In this document: positions 29,650-42,818 of the stretch, piece by piece
Layout of the letters: the number at the start of each line of letters is the position of its first letter
Position numbering within the stretch: position 1 is the first letter of the stretch
Translations under genes and position numbers: made by a program
The notes under the pieces: generated by a model
What the model saw: the letters and a program-made list of their open reading frames with translations, nothing else
The model's database searches: none
What the model was told of the DNA's origin: nothing
DNA from: Halocafeteria seosinensis
Taxonomy: Eukaryota
DNA length: 64,000 nucleotides
Assembly: GCA_001687465.1 (NCBI GenBank)
Contig: LVLI01000249.1
Location: 1-64,000 of the forward strand
Direction of reading: 5' to 3'

Positions 29650-29674
29650 TCTGTCCCTAACTTCTGTGTTTCCG

Positions 29675-31913
29675 TTATTTGTGCTCTGGAGTTGTTCGGA
29701 AATACGCCTCACGCGCTTCCAAGATTAGGGTTCTGTTGTGGTATGAGCAGAAAAGCGATTGTAACCATTGTCGACTGCAGAAACAGTTCGGTACTTACTT
29801 CAAAGCATCTCCGTTTAATACAAATGAAAACCTAGCAGGCGGTGATGGAATGACTTTGTTTAATTCAGAATCATCTAACCGAAACGTCGACGGGGGCCCT
29901 GTGTGTGCGAGTCTTTGTGCTATTTCTAATTGTCTCCTCCTCGTGGCAATATACGGCTCCAAAACTCGCAGGCGCGCTTGGTATACATTTAGTCGGTCGA
30001 TATATTCTTGATGGCGATATTGCAGGTCCTGTTCAAGTATCTGTTTTCGAAACTTGACGGGGAGCATGGACTGAGCAACTTCGTTCAGTTTCTCTTTTGC
30101 CATCGGTGAACCGATGATGCTCCTTCGCTTCTTCCCGTCGCGCAGTTTGCGTTCCTCAACTCGAGCGGATTCTATCATCTGTCGTTCTGCGTTGTCCCAT
30201 AGTGCAGAGAGAATCCCAATACGTTCCCTTTGCATGCGTGCGTAAGACCTCCACGTTCGAGCAATTTTTGTTGATTTTCGTACTGCACATAGGAACGAGG
30301 CTTAGTGCATAAGAAGACAAGAGAACGACTTGTCGAGCTATGGTACGTACCACTGGTCCGGTATTTCAATAAAAGCTTACACTGATTGGATACTTTAGCC
30401 GACCCTTCCAGAAAGTCCCGTATCATCTTGGCTGCTCGGTCGTATCGTCGATGTTTCCACCGTTGAACCCACCTCTTTATATAGTCAAGTATTTGTTGCC
30501 GTGCACGGTCCCTGGACTTTATCTTCCTAGCCAAAAACCGGTTCTCCAAACAACAGGCTATTTTGTGAGCAGCAATACTAATCCGTCTGATGTTCTGCTC
30601 TCGCGTGCGAGCATTCTCGACACTCCTCATAAATAGTTGAGTTCGCAGGACCAAACCGATTTTGATTAACCAAAGCATCCGTCTTTGTTTTTCGTGCGCT
30701 TGTTCACTGATCCTTTCGCGCCGAGAATTTACTTCTTTTGTCCACTGTTCAGTTTTTTTGTCAGTCAACTCCTTCTTACTGGCAGCACGTTTCATTCGCT
30801 TCTCGTGTTGTTTTATCCAGTGTGTATGAGCAGCTTTTCTGTGGTTTGTGTCCGTTTTCATTTTCAGCTGGTGCAACGTTGGTTGTGGTGGTTGAGGCTT
30901 GTAGTGGTTACGCAACGTCTTCACGAGCGAATTCGTTAGGTAAGAGTCGTGGGGTAGTTGTTGCCGAGCCGCTTCCAAGCGAACGACGACTCTCTGTTTT
31001 GGTGTCATTTTGTGTAGCTCCGATAGTTGCTGGGGGTCTCCAAGTGCATCATTCTTTCCTTCTTGAGCATCTTGGTGTGCACTTGATGGTCTTATTGCTC
31101 CTCGAGTTCTTTGTGACTTTCTCAGGGAATGTAGCCGATCCAATTCCTGTACTGAGGTTACAGGAAGCCACCAATCGTGAAACTGTTCCTTGTCAATTTG
31201 CTTGTTGATCTCTTTGGACGGATACCGGCCAAGGCTAATGTACCCGTAATCGACGAGGCTGTCATCTAGAAATGCTTCCAATGTCTCGTCCTTGCCGCTA
31301 AGTTTCTTAAAAGCTTTTTCCGAAACATTCTGTCGTAGCACGCTACGTAGGTACGAAACATGCTTGTCTTTCGAGTCTGATTCTAACACATTAGTCTTGG
31401 GGCGCCGTCTGGGGAGCTTCGGTAGCTGAGAGATATGCAAATCGGCATGAGAGTTACTTGGAGGAGAAACAAGAAACACTTCATACTTACCGACGCCATC
31501 GACGCGTTGGAGCTGCGACGATTTCTTCCCGGTTCGTCAAAGCTGTCATCTTCCTGTGCAAGCTCTTTAGACTTAGATGGTCCAATCTTGCCACTAATAT
31601 AGGCCAAGTCATCAACAGGAGGAATATCCCCGTAGATATTCGGGTCGTAAACACGTTGCCATTTATTTGCTGACTTAGTCCATCCATGCTTCCGAATTGT
31701 GTCTTCTACTTCACTGATGATGGTCTCGAAGTCTTTGCCAGAGTCCGTCGTACGAAGAGACGAACTCGCTTGGAGCTGCCGGAGTGACCTCGTCATGCGA
31801 AACGCTTTAGTAAATGCATCACCAGACCGAGCATTCCTTGCAGCTTGCAACCCTTTAACAGCTGATTCATTGTTTTGAGCAGCATCATTTACGCCCTTAA
31901 GAGTTCTTGCCAC
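29675..31913 (-). CDS. Hypothetical basic/coiled-coil protein, multi-exon; 5' end uncertain (may extend to ~32200)
   Basis: Successive long ORFs 31383-31913, 30175-31479 and 29795-30235 linked by GT-AG introns, with a terminal exon ending TAA at 29675; helical, R/K-rich, with weak IQ-like segments. Confidence 0.6.
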
Positions 31914-33427
31914 AGTTCGGTTGAGAGCCGTGGCCGAATGATGTATGGTCCCCGTCCCGTTGTTACTCTGCTGACCACATTAGACTCATTACTGGAGTAG
32001 TTTTAGCCTCTAGAGAACCCGATGTGTAAGTTCGTCTTAACTCACGTTATTTTGACCTCGAGCAGTGAAGTCGTAGGTGAACTCGGATGTTCGCGGTCGT
32101 ACTTCGAGATATCGTTCACGCGGTACATCATTCAGTGTCGTTGTTCTGCAGGCAGCGTGAAGCTTACGTCCTATTGGATCATTTGTACAACTAGTCTCTT
32201 ACCTTGATGCAGAGAAGAGTGACATGTTACAGCACCAAATCCTCTGAATAAGTCAGTTGTGGCCGCTCCGTAGATAGACCCTTGAAAACAGGTTGGGTTT
32301 TCTATCGCCCTCAAGCTTCCAACAGTTAGCAGGTGTATCACTGTCGATTTTTTCTTACAAACTAATGTACGTTTCAGGTTTTGGAAGTACACAAAGTGCC
32401 ATAGCGTTGGACTGCTGAGTTTCGTCGAAGTTTTGGCGCGTACACGTTGCATGACTTCAACTAGCACCGCTAGTGTGCCCGGAGATTCGGGTTTAAGTTC
32501 CCTCTGAAGATGGCTTAACAAAAAAGGAGCAATTAAACACACGACTCCTTTAACCCCCACTTCTCCATCCAGTAAGAACCCACTATGTGGCTGAGTCCAG
32601 TAGTGGTGACAGGTAGTGAGAGCACGTTCGAACTCAGTTGTACTTTGGTGTTGGTTCACCTCTATATTTTCGTTGAAACTCATAGGTGAGTTCTTTCCGT
32701 CCTTACACTCTCAGTGGAGCCCCAGGCGAAGCAACAGGACGAAGGACTCGAACTTGGACCCACAGAGAGGCAACAACCACGAAGATACAACTCATGAGAG
32801 ATGGACTAAAGCAGTAATGAAGCCATTTCTTTAATGTATGAATTCTGTATACCCTACTGTACTGTTCCGTGTATCCATACACTGAACTACAGCTTATTCC
32901 TTTGAGGGTTCTCGCCGAATTGCAAAGTTCCCCACGAACTCAAGGTTGCGCCATCCAGGTACTTCCTCAAGACAACCACGCACTCGTACATCAGATTTTG
33001 TTTTTGCTTCCGATGAGTCACTAGAGTTCCACAAAAAAATTCGCTTTCCCTTATGTACGAAATAGGAAACGACCTCCAGCCCGAGGCTCCAAGCTTCCCC
33101 ACTGGGAATCTGCAGAGAACAAGTTTCAGCAAGTTGAAGTTGGTGGGCCCCATGCGAGATCTCTTTACTACTGCTGTATTCCACTGTATTGATCCTCTCT
33201 GGTGCGCGGCATCCAGTTGACAATATCTGTGCATTGTTTTGCATGTGTTTGTGCCTGGGATCGAGGGCGCTGTATACGTGTTTTAGGGCTTTTACCCTTT
33301 TTATGGCGACGTTCGCACTGGTTTTTTATTCACTCATTTAAGGTCTATTCCCCACTATACCCACTCCATACGACACCAATCATTGTGACATTTGGCTCAC
33401 TGAACAAGAGTGAGAGGGAGTGAGAAA

Positions 33428-35390
33428 ATGAACTCTGAACGAGGAAGCCGCCGTCCGCCGACAGGCGCTTACGAGGGGGAAGATGAGGAAGATGAAGATT
33501 GGGATTCCATGCATTCGAATGACCCCAAGAAAATGAGTTTCATTCAGGTAAATCCTTGTCTGTGCTCGTAGGTGAGCTGATGAGAATGTCGACCAAAAGA
33601 ACATGTCTTCTCTTTCCGCAGAAAGTGTTTGAGATGGTAAATTCCAGTGAATTCGATCGTTGTATTAGATGGAGTGAATCGGGGGAGACCTTCATTATAC
33701 CCGATGTAGAAGAGTACGCAATTTTCTCACAGAGAGACACAGAGAGGCAATGCACTGTGAATGCGGATTATTTGCAGATTGGAAAGATCCGTTCTTCCGC
33801 AGTACTTTAAAAGCTCCAACGTTTCCAGTTTCGTCAGGTACGAGAAACCTATTTACTGGAATATCGATAATACACGCATAGTATCATTAGTGTTTTCGTT
33901 CACTCTCGCTATATTGCAGGCAACTCAACTTTTATGGATTCAGGTAAGTCAAGAGTCGAATTAGCAGGATCACCTTCCGTCACCATTGCTGAGAGAGTAA
34001 ACATTATGCTTGGCACAGGAAGTTGACAAAAACTCGAGATCCAAAGCAGACATGGGAGTTCCAGCACCCCTATTTCACCAGAAATTCCTCCCAGGATGAA
34101 CTTACGGCGATAAAGAGAAAGACAGCTCTAAACACCGATCCTGCTCGCGCCGAACTGGAAATGTATCGAGAGCAGTTAGCCTCTTTGAGGAAACAAAATG
34201 AGCAGCTGAAACAGGAAAACGCTGGAAAAGACGAAACAATCAAGCAATTAAGGACTAAAGTCAGTAAATGCGAAGGGGATATAGAAGAGCTAAGAAAACA
34301 GGTACATCAAACGGCAATGGCGCAGCAATTAGCTTCTGCGGCTGGACAAGGTCATGGAGATGGAACGCCTTACAACCCTGGTCCAGCCGGAAGCCAGCCA
34401 TATTCATCAGTATCGAGACCCGCCGTAAATAGCGCGTTCAATCAACCTTACCCAGAAAGTGGTAGATCCGATAGTAGACGTATCGCAGACAACAGTGCTA
34501 ACACAAGCTTTAGAATGTCGACCCATTCTGATCGAAGCGGCTCCATGTCCCAGGACCTCTGGTATCCCCCGCGTCTACAACGAGAAACCTCCGCAGGCGC
34601 ATCCCGCTTTGGTTCTGATGGCCGCATGTTTAGCGATGGAAGTGATGTATCGTTTGGAGATCGCAGCTTAAGCAGCGAGAGCCAAGGCTACTCTTTGTTT
34701 CCTGGACACCCGCAAACCCTCCCGCAAGGTTCCACTGTTGGTATGCCTGTTAGTTCCCCTCCTAGTAATAGTGTGGCACCTTTGGGTGAGACGCCGGCAA
34801 ACACCAGCAGTGGGCCCAACGGAGGAGCCTTGGATAACGAAATCGTCTGTACGTCGCAGAACATGTGCCTTAGAAAGGGTGATATCTACAGGGTTCAGAA
34901 CTATATCGCATACGCTCCCGAAATAGAGCTCCAAGGAGTTGTTCAAACTCTTCTGGATAACATCGTTCAGCGTTTGGTGAATGAGGGCTCTTTAGAGATG
35001 TCAACAATGTATGAAAACCAGGCGACCCGGCAGCTCACGCCCAAGGCAAAAATGAGAGTTGCTGAGTTTATTTCTAATGGGACGGGACAAGGTCACTTTA
35101 ACCAGGCAGCTGCTGAAATAGCGGTAATTCCAAACTCGGGTGTTAGTCACAACATCCAGAATCATCCTGGGAAGGCAATACTAATGCAGCTATTGGAGCA
35201 TTTTTCTACGGAAGTAGTATTCAGCTGCATACTTCCCATTCCAAGAGTACAACGGTGTTTGGTTCGGCTATTCAATATCTCGGAGAAAGTCCTGCAAGAC
35301 ATGTGCGGCAGCAAGCAAGGTAACCCGCAGTTGGCAATTCAATGTTTGATTGGCGTGTTGTCGAACCAGATCGGCTATGGCCAGATATGA
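33428..35390 (+). CDS. Heat-shock-factor (HSF-type DNA-binding domain) transcription factor with coiled coil
   Basis: Spliced exons give FIQKVFEMVNSSEFDRCIRWSESGETFII...[25 protein letters not shown]...WEFQHPYF, followed by the heptad repeat LEMYREQLASLRKQNEQLKQEN. Confidence 0.9.
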
Positions 35391-37959
35391 ATGTGGGCTA
35401 GATTTTAGTATTGCTAGTTGGTCCCATATTTTCCCATTCTATCTGCTAGGGAAATATCAACTACGCAACGACATTACTAGTCTGTATGAAACAATTATGC
35501 TCTACGGCTTATTTCTTCTGGATCAGATCTCCACCTCCACGAGAACATTGACAGATTGCGCACATTTTCCGAATTGGAAGGTCTCCAGAACGTCTGCCTT
35601 TGAGCCCTGTACCGTTCTAAGATGGGAAATTAGCGAGCCTGTATTCTAGAGAAAGAATCCCGGGGAACTTACCACCTATCTTGTTCGTCCCTCTCTTGCC
35701 TGACAACCTCATGTATTCTTGTATCCTTGGCAAATCTGCAACCAGCCTAGATGTAACTTGAACTATCTGTTCCGAGGAGAAATACGCTTAACTTACCTGA
35801 CATCCGGGTTCGTGAAGAGGAACTTCATGGACACATAACTGCTCCAGCATGCTGCAAAGCTGCAGATCCCTATAATGGGCCATGTCTGCATCGTATGGAA
35901 GAGAAAGTCAGTGAAAGTATCTGATATTCGAATTCTCCGTAATACGGTCTTCCTTGGGGCACCAACACAACTGGTACACCTACCCTACCACCAGTATGCA
36001 AGAAAGCAAGTACTTACACTGGGGTCTCGTTTCACCCATATCCAAGCCGCTGATTTTCCACTCATATTGTTTTTGCTTTGTCTTCTTGATTCGTTCAATA
36101 ATGAACTTCAATTCCACTCCAACCGAGTCGAGTTCAATCCAGCAGTGAATTCTACCCACGCTGTGTAATATATGCAATTCCCCAATTTATTAACTCCCTC
36201 TTGTTTTGACAGATCTTAGCTCTCTTTTTCTTTAAGTCCTTTTGCCACTTTGTGTTTTATCAAACCTTTCGTTTAAAACTGGAGTTTGGCCACAAGTACG
36301 CTTGGGGAGATTCTCGCCCGTAGTACGGTCGGCACTTCACTTGCGACCGTACTACGCCTCTTCGGGAGATGGTATTACGGGGAGTCGATGCTGTTGTATC
36401 ACAGTGAATTCTAAACATACACCAAAGGTCATATCAACGCATTTTCATATTGGAAAGGGTGGGCAAGTCACGCCTCGGATAAGGATTATAATATAGGGGT
36501 TCCCAAGCACTGGCGCTTATTTCGGGGGACTGAGACAGAATGTATTACACAGTACAGTACGCATTGGACAATGAATACCGTGCATGCATTTCACGCTCGT
36601 GGTGCCAAACTATGTAAATCTTGAGATTCGTTGCATTCAGCGACTTCAAAGGGGAAGCAATGTACGCTTCCCCAGTTCCAGTGGAATGATTCATGATTCC
36701 GCTGAATCTGGACGTGCAAAGCCATAACGTTAAAGCCAAGCCACATTTACATTCTCCAACCACTGGCGTTTGCTGTACGTGTTAAATAGCCTAGAATATC
36801 ATTGGACTGTTTAAGTGCGCTTTTGTTCGTGCTCTTCGTTAAGCTTTTCTGGTTCTCGTCTCCATCTCCATGAGAACACAGTGAGGTTCCTGACGTTATG
36901 GTGGTCACTAGGTCTCCAAGCAGTCCACCGTCGCGCCCTGACTATACACAGAATCAAGTGTCAAACAAGTATAGTACCAATAAACGAGATATGCAAAACA
37001 TACCATTCATCCTGCTCCTCCCGCTCTCCGCGTATTGCTTCGTTGCTACGAATATCTCGCGACCAACTGCAGACAAGTTTACCGGTTACACGTACGTGTA
37101 CGGGACTGCCACTGTCATACTGCTAGTAAATCACTTACTGGACATCCGGGTTATACAGTGAGAATTTGAACATCTTGTATATTCCAAAAGAAGAACCCAG
37201 GCTCACTACGCCAATCAATGGCCACACCTGTGGAATAAATTCGGTTCAACCGTTTTACGGGGTAGATGGATGATGTCATCCCCAAAGCTACCGAAGCCCA
37301 CGTAAGGACTCACTAAATACACTGTTTGACCAAATTTATCGTAGTGCGCTTACAGAGGGGTCATTTCTCAGCCAAACCTGCTTTAAATTTTTTGCCATCT
37401 TCTTAAAAACTTGCTGAACTTTGGTACAAAGCACCTCTGCTTAACGTGAGAAGAGAAATCAACCACAGAAATATGTTAATTGTTGTAAGTACAGAAATAC
37501 AATGTGCTTATTTTGCAAAGTGGGACGGCGTTATTAACTGGAGTGACGGTTTCCAAACCAAAATCCTGTTGGTGTATTACCGGTAGTATCTATCGAGGAC
37601 ACCCGATTGCCAGTCGATTCCGTAACACGCAGACCAACGGAGACTCGTTACGGAGTTAGCTTCATGATGCCTGCCACAGATGTGATCATCTTTAAGACGG
37701 ATACATTAAATGGCTAGCTAGACAAGCAGGTACATGATGCCAAGCCGAAAGCTGAGCAAGCTCAGTGAAGCTCCCACGTTCAAGTCTTTTTCATCCAACA
37801 GTTGCTAAACTTGTCCTCCCCGTTGAGAACCTCAATCTCAGCACCAGAAACTGAATATACTGGTTTAACGATCTCTCCCTTCTATTCAGGGGTGAACTTT
37901 CACGTCTTAGAAACGTACAGTGTATGGGCCTCCTTGTGGACCCCACAAAACGTTTCTCA

Positions 37960-38643
37960 TCAGCTAGCCTGTGTCACCCCTCGGCGCAACTGCACCAGTT
38001 CCGGTAGTTGTTGGAGAGTGGAAAGCGTCATCTGAGAATGCAACAAACGCCCCACTGTCAAAGCCATTAGATGGGGAACATACCACAAAGCAGACTCCGT
38101 AGCCTTCGTGGAGGTGAGCCCGTGAATTTCTAGCTCCACCAACTTTTGCAAGTGCTTAAACACCGAATCAGTGATGGTGCTCTGATTGCAACAAATCCGG
38201 CAAATTTGTAAGACAGGCGAAGGCATGATAATGATTGTTTGGTTGCAGCAATACAAGTGAAGCCTCTCCAGCCCCGGAAAGCTGAGCCGGTGATTCCGGC
38301 AACTCCAGTGACTGCAGTTTGGATAGATTCTGAAAAGGCTCTTGGGCGATATTATTGTCTCAAGACTTCGTACCAAACAGTGCCTGGAGGTTGCTGCTTC
38401 TAGATACATGTACTGGTAAGACTTGGACGGACAATCACTCGGATTCTCCCTCCAAGCCACTAAATGTGTGAACAATACTACATGTTCATCATGGTTCATT
38501 CCACACATCGGAATTACTATAAGAACAATGACAACAGACAGAGCGCCACGTAAGGGATGCCATGTACTGTAATTATTTTGGGACCCCGCATGGCATGGAT
38601 ACTGTATCGCAATTACTGGTGGAATTTTAGGAAAATTCAACAA
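37960..38643 (-). pseudogene. Leucine-rich-repeat ORF remnant, probably degenerate
   Basis: LERLHLYCCNQT and ICCNQSTITDSVFKHLQKLVELEIHGL...ATESALWYVPHLMALTV...LQQLPELVQL follow an LRR pattern; non-ATG start and no convincing continuation in flanking frames. Confidence 0.45.
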
Positions 38644-39043
38644 TGTCGAATGCTCTAAAAGCTGTCCGGCGGGGGTGGCGCATGTCTGTTAGTATCTTAA
38701 TGAAACACAGGTCACGAATCTCCAAGTCAAGTCCTTCGCGCTGTCGCATTACCCTCCAGAAGTCCTCCAGCCTTGAAGTACAAATTACATATTGGAGTTG
38801 CATTAAAGTACACACAACTCTTGTTTAGTGCTCTCGGTGGCACTTAACCATGCGGTATCATTTGGAATGCAATGCAAGATGCGTTTTCGCTCCCAGGTTG
38901 AAAGTTTTGACCACTGTATTCAATTCAAATGTGAAGGTCTCATTCCTTTTTCCCCGGTATTTGTGGTGTATATGCACACGCTCTGTAAGGCATTTCCGAC
39001 TGATTTTGAGATGATGAGACCTTAATAAGTACCGTATTTCGCC

Positions 39044-41158
39044 ATGCCTCGGGAAGTGATAACGATACAAGTTGGGCAATGTGGGAACCAGGTAAGCCAG
39101 CCACAACATGATAGTTTTGTTGGAATTCGAGTCGCAAAAATCAAGTTTTGGGCGCTTTTTGATGGCGTATACAACGCAGATAGGTTCGCGGTTCTGGGAT
39201 CTAGCGCTTCGTGAACATGCTAAGCATCGAAATGGAGATGGGCTCTTTGATGAATCAATGAGCTCGTTGTTTCGAAATGTCGACACCCGCCACAGCGTCG
39301 ACCAGGATATCCCCTTGACCGAACGGAGAGGTGGCACAGATGGTGGCATGAAGAGTCGACTGGCCACGTTACGAGCTCGATGTGTGCTTGTGGATACGGA
39401 GGAAGGTGTGACGAACCAGCTCGTGAACAACTCGTCTCTGGGGGAACTATTTGCTTCCAAACCATCGCCCATTTTGACGACGAAAGGGAGTTCCGGATCG
39501 GGGAATAACTGGGCACAAGGGCATTGCGAATACGGACCAGAATACCATGATGCTCTCGAAGATAAGATACGCAAAGCTTTGGAAGCGTGCAGCTCCCCGC
39601 AGTCCTTTTTCTTGTTGCACTCGTTGGGCGGTGGTACTGGAAGTGGCCTCGGAACCTATATCTTGAGAATGCTGCAGGACTTGTATCCAGAATTGTATCG
39701 ATTCACTGTCTCTGTATTCCCAAGTGACAATGATGACGTCATTACATCCCCCTACAATTGCATGTTATCGATGAAGGAACTGAATGACGCTGCGGACTGC
39801 GTCATTCCGGTGGAAAACCAAGCACTGGCTGGAATTTGCCATACCGTGCAACAACGATGTGGAACCTATAGGAGTAGGCACGGAGAAGGGCGAATGGACT
39901 CTGGTGCCTCAAATGGTACGCCAGTGCCACGCAGTAAACGTGGAGATCCACATACGGCCGTTACCGGTACTAGCGACCACAGTGCCGGCTTCGACGACAT
40001 GAATAACATAGCAGCCCATTTGGTAAGTTGCTCATTTGTCTGTGTCATATACCTGTCTTTTACACTTGTCACTGTATGCACTCGGCAGATAAGTAATTTG
40101 ACTTCCTCGATGCGTTTTCATGGCTCGATGAATATTGACTTAAATGAACTGACGACGAATCTCGTCCCTTTTCCAAAGCTCCATTATCTCACCAGCAGGT
40201 AAGTCGTTGCTGCGTACGTTGTGTCATAAACATATCTGACATCGCTCATATCCGTACAGCCTATCACCTCTTTACTGTTTGCTGGATAGAAAGGATGATT
40301 ATGCGACGCTGAAAATTGACCAAATGTTTAATGACTGTCTATCCCCGTAAGTGTTCCCAGACCAGGAACCTACGTGCGGCAATTTGTTCAACCGCTTTGG
40401 TGAAATACGCCAGAAGTCATCAACTTATTAGGGCGGAACCGCATAAGTCATCGTATTTGGCTATGGGACTCTTATTGAGAGGTAGAATTAGTGTCAGTGA
40501 CACCATGCGGAATGTCGAGCGCGTAAGTTGCATTCGGTCGCTGGACGAGAAAACTAGCAAACTGGATTCAAAGCATGCTACATCGCACAGATGAAACGGA
40601 AGATTACAATGGCATACTGGAATATGGATAGCTTCAAGACAGGCATATGTGAGCAGTCACCGCTGCTCCAGCCGTATTCGCTGTTGTCTGTCAGTAACAA
40701 CTGTTGTATTAGATCCACGCTAAGGTATTTCAGCGAATCTACTGTATCTTTCCTTTAATGGCACTAATGAGCTCCGTTTGTCGTTGCCTTCAGGAAGATG
40801 CATGACAACTATTCCCAGCTCTTTAACGTCAAAGCTCATTTGCATCACTTTAGGAAATACATGCAAGACGATGGTCTGTTTTCCGAGGCCTCTGAAAGCA
40901 TACAGGATCTAATTCAGGAATACGAAGACCGTAAGTTAAACTAAAGTCGGCTTTTCATGCTTCGCCAGCAACACTATCTCTTCGGCCCTTGCAGTAGAAA
41001 CCGCAACTTTAGAGCCTGTAGAGGCGGAACCTTTGCCTCGGGTAAATGCCACTGATCCGTTTCCTCCATTAGACCCACCAACGGTTGACCGCCATACCGC
41101 CGTACAAAGCGACTGGAATACCGTAGGACTGTTATCCAGGCTTCGACCATTCCCGTGA
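39044..41158 (+). CDS. TUBE1: Epsilon-tubulin, multi-exon
   Basis: MPREVITIQVGQCGNQ|IGSRFWDLALREHA, ARCVLVDTEEGV, GSGNNWAQGHCEYG, LHSLGGGTGSGLGTYIL, VFPSDNDDVITSPYN, NLTSSMRFHGSMNIDLNELTTNLVPFPKLHY; last exon ends TGA at 41158. Confidence 0.92.
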
Positions 41159-41187
41159 TTCATTTTAGATGCCGCCAAAAAGTCTTT

Positions 41188-42818
41188 TTAACCAGCGTTG
41201 TCGTATTGACGACGAAACCTCAGACGGTTTGAGAAGTTGGTCTTCAGACCTTTATCCAACTCTGCGTCCAACATCTTCTGGTGGGAGCGGCCTTGTTGTT
41301 TCTCGTGCTCTTTCTGTTCCTTGGACCTCCATTGCGCCAGCCCCTTCGGAATCAGCTTGTTGCCACCGCCGCTACGAGCGTTGTGGAGCTCAATTTCGCC
41401 CGTTTGTCCGTTATCCGTAATCACCGGGAAACCGTACTTTTGCAGTAACCGATTCTCCTCCTCTTTTCGGTTGGCAATTATCGCTTGATGCTCTGGAGGA
41501 CGCTCCTTTCTTCGATACTCGGTTCTTAAATCGCGATGCCCCAGTTTCTTTCCAGAAGGCAATACCAACTCCCCGTCTTTGTCAATTATCATCTCGGAGT
41601 GAGGGTACTTTTCCGAGGTAGCCTCCAGGTCATCGTAAAAATCTTCGTATTCAGCCATGTCATCTCCAAAATCTCTGCAAAGGACAACATAGCGCAGACA
41701 CAATGCCAAGTGTTTGGACGTAGTGTATGAAAGACGCGGCACATTCCATACCTGTCCAACGGTAAGCGAAAATGGTTCTTCGATTGCATATGATGAATGG
41801 TGGCTAATACGGAGCCAAATCCTTGGTCACAGTAGATGCACATTTGTCCGATGGTGATCTGCGGAAGCAAAGAAAAATCAAGCGTGGACGTACGCTGAGT
41901 AACTTACGGCAAGTTACCAGTTTACCTTCTCAAAAATGTGAGATATCATTCCGCGAAGGTCAATGACTCTCTCGATGTGTGGAATGTTGAAGCCGAATTT
42001 CCCATACATGCGCTTAATGTTCCTGTCAATGCACCGATAATACAATTGTATTACTAGTAAGCAAACAACCAAGACGAGTGCCTTATCATTTGCACATACT
42101 CATAGAGTCCATCGACTGGTTCAAGATCAAACGGGCACAGTGTATCCACGGTTCCGTGTTTCAAGCGTTCTACAATTTCCTTCTGAGGTTCGGTCAACTT
42201 CCGGCTCGTCCCCTCTGCTGTTGGTTCATCGGCGTGGGTTGTGTTATTCCCTGCAGCAGCGCCGCTGCTAGTTCCAGTGGTTGAGGTTCTAGGATTGTGG
42301 CTGGTGACGGGTACTGTGCGGATTTCCACGGGAGCTTGCGAGAGATCATTTTCCTCCACTTGACTGGTTTCTTGCGAGATTTCTACATGCTCTTCCTTCC
42401 CTTCTTCCGTCTCTTGCTGCTGCTGCGGCGTCATTTCATTACCAGTACTCGGTTTGTTTCGATTTTGCTGCTTTTTGACCATTTCCTGGTGCTTTTTCGT
42501 CTGTAAATGTTGTTTTAGTTGATTCTCGCTCTTGAACCTCTTGTTCCCACAGATGGTACAGTGGTAAAAATGCCGGTATTGCTTCTCTTGCTCCTGTCTT
42601 TGCTCCTTATTCACCACTTGTTGGAGTATCTCCTGGAACTTGGCAAAGGAGATCGGGGCCTTATTATTGGCCGAACGGCGCTTTAAGTTGTACCGATGGA
42701 AGTCGCTCTTGTAGTGCTGTAAGAGACGCTCTTTCTCGTAGAACATCACGTAGCAAGTCATGCATTTGAAGGCATGATCCTCGTTATAAGCCTCAGAATG
42801 CGCGGTCGAGGACGCCAT
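41188..42818 (-). CDS. ZNF622: Cytoplasmic pre-60S factor REI1/ZNF622 (C2H2 zinc fingers), multi-exon
   Basis: CMTC...HYKSDFHRYNLKRR, CTICGNKRFKSENQLKQHLQTKKH, CIYCDQGF...HMQSKNH and ELVLPSGKKLGHRDL. Confidence 0.9.

Noticed and set aside
32171..33244. 170-, 115- and 116-aa minus-strand ORFs
   Set aside because: No recognisable motif; may be UTR or promoter sequence or unresolved 5' exons
38858..39574. 238-aa minus-strand ORF
   Set aside because: Antisense shadow of epsilon-tubulin
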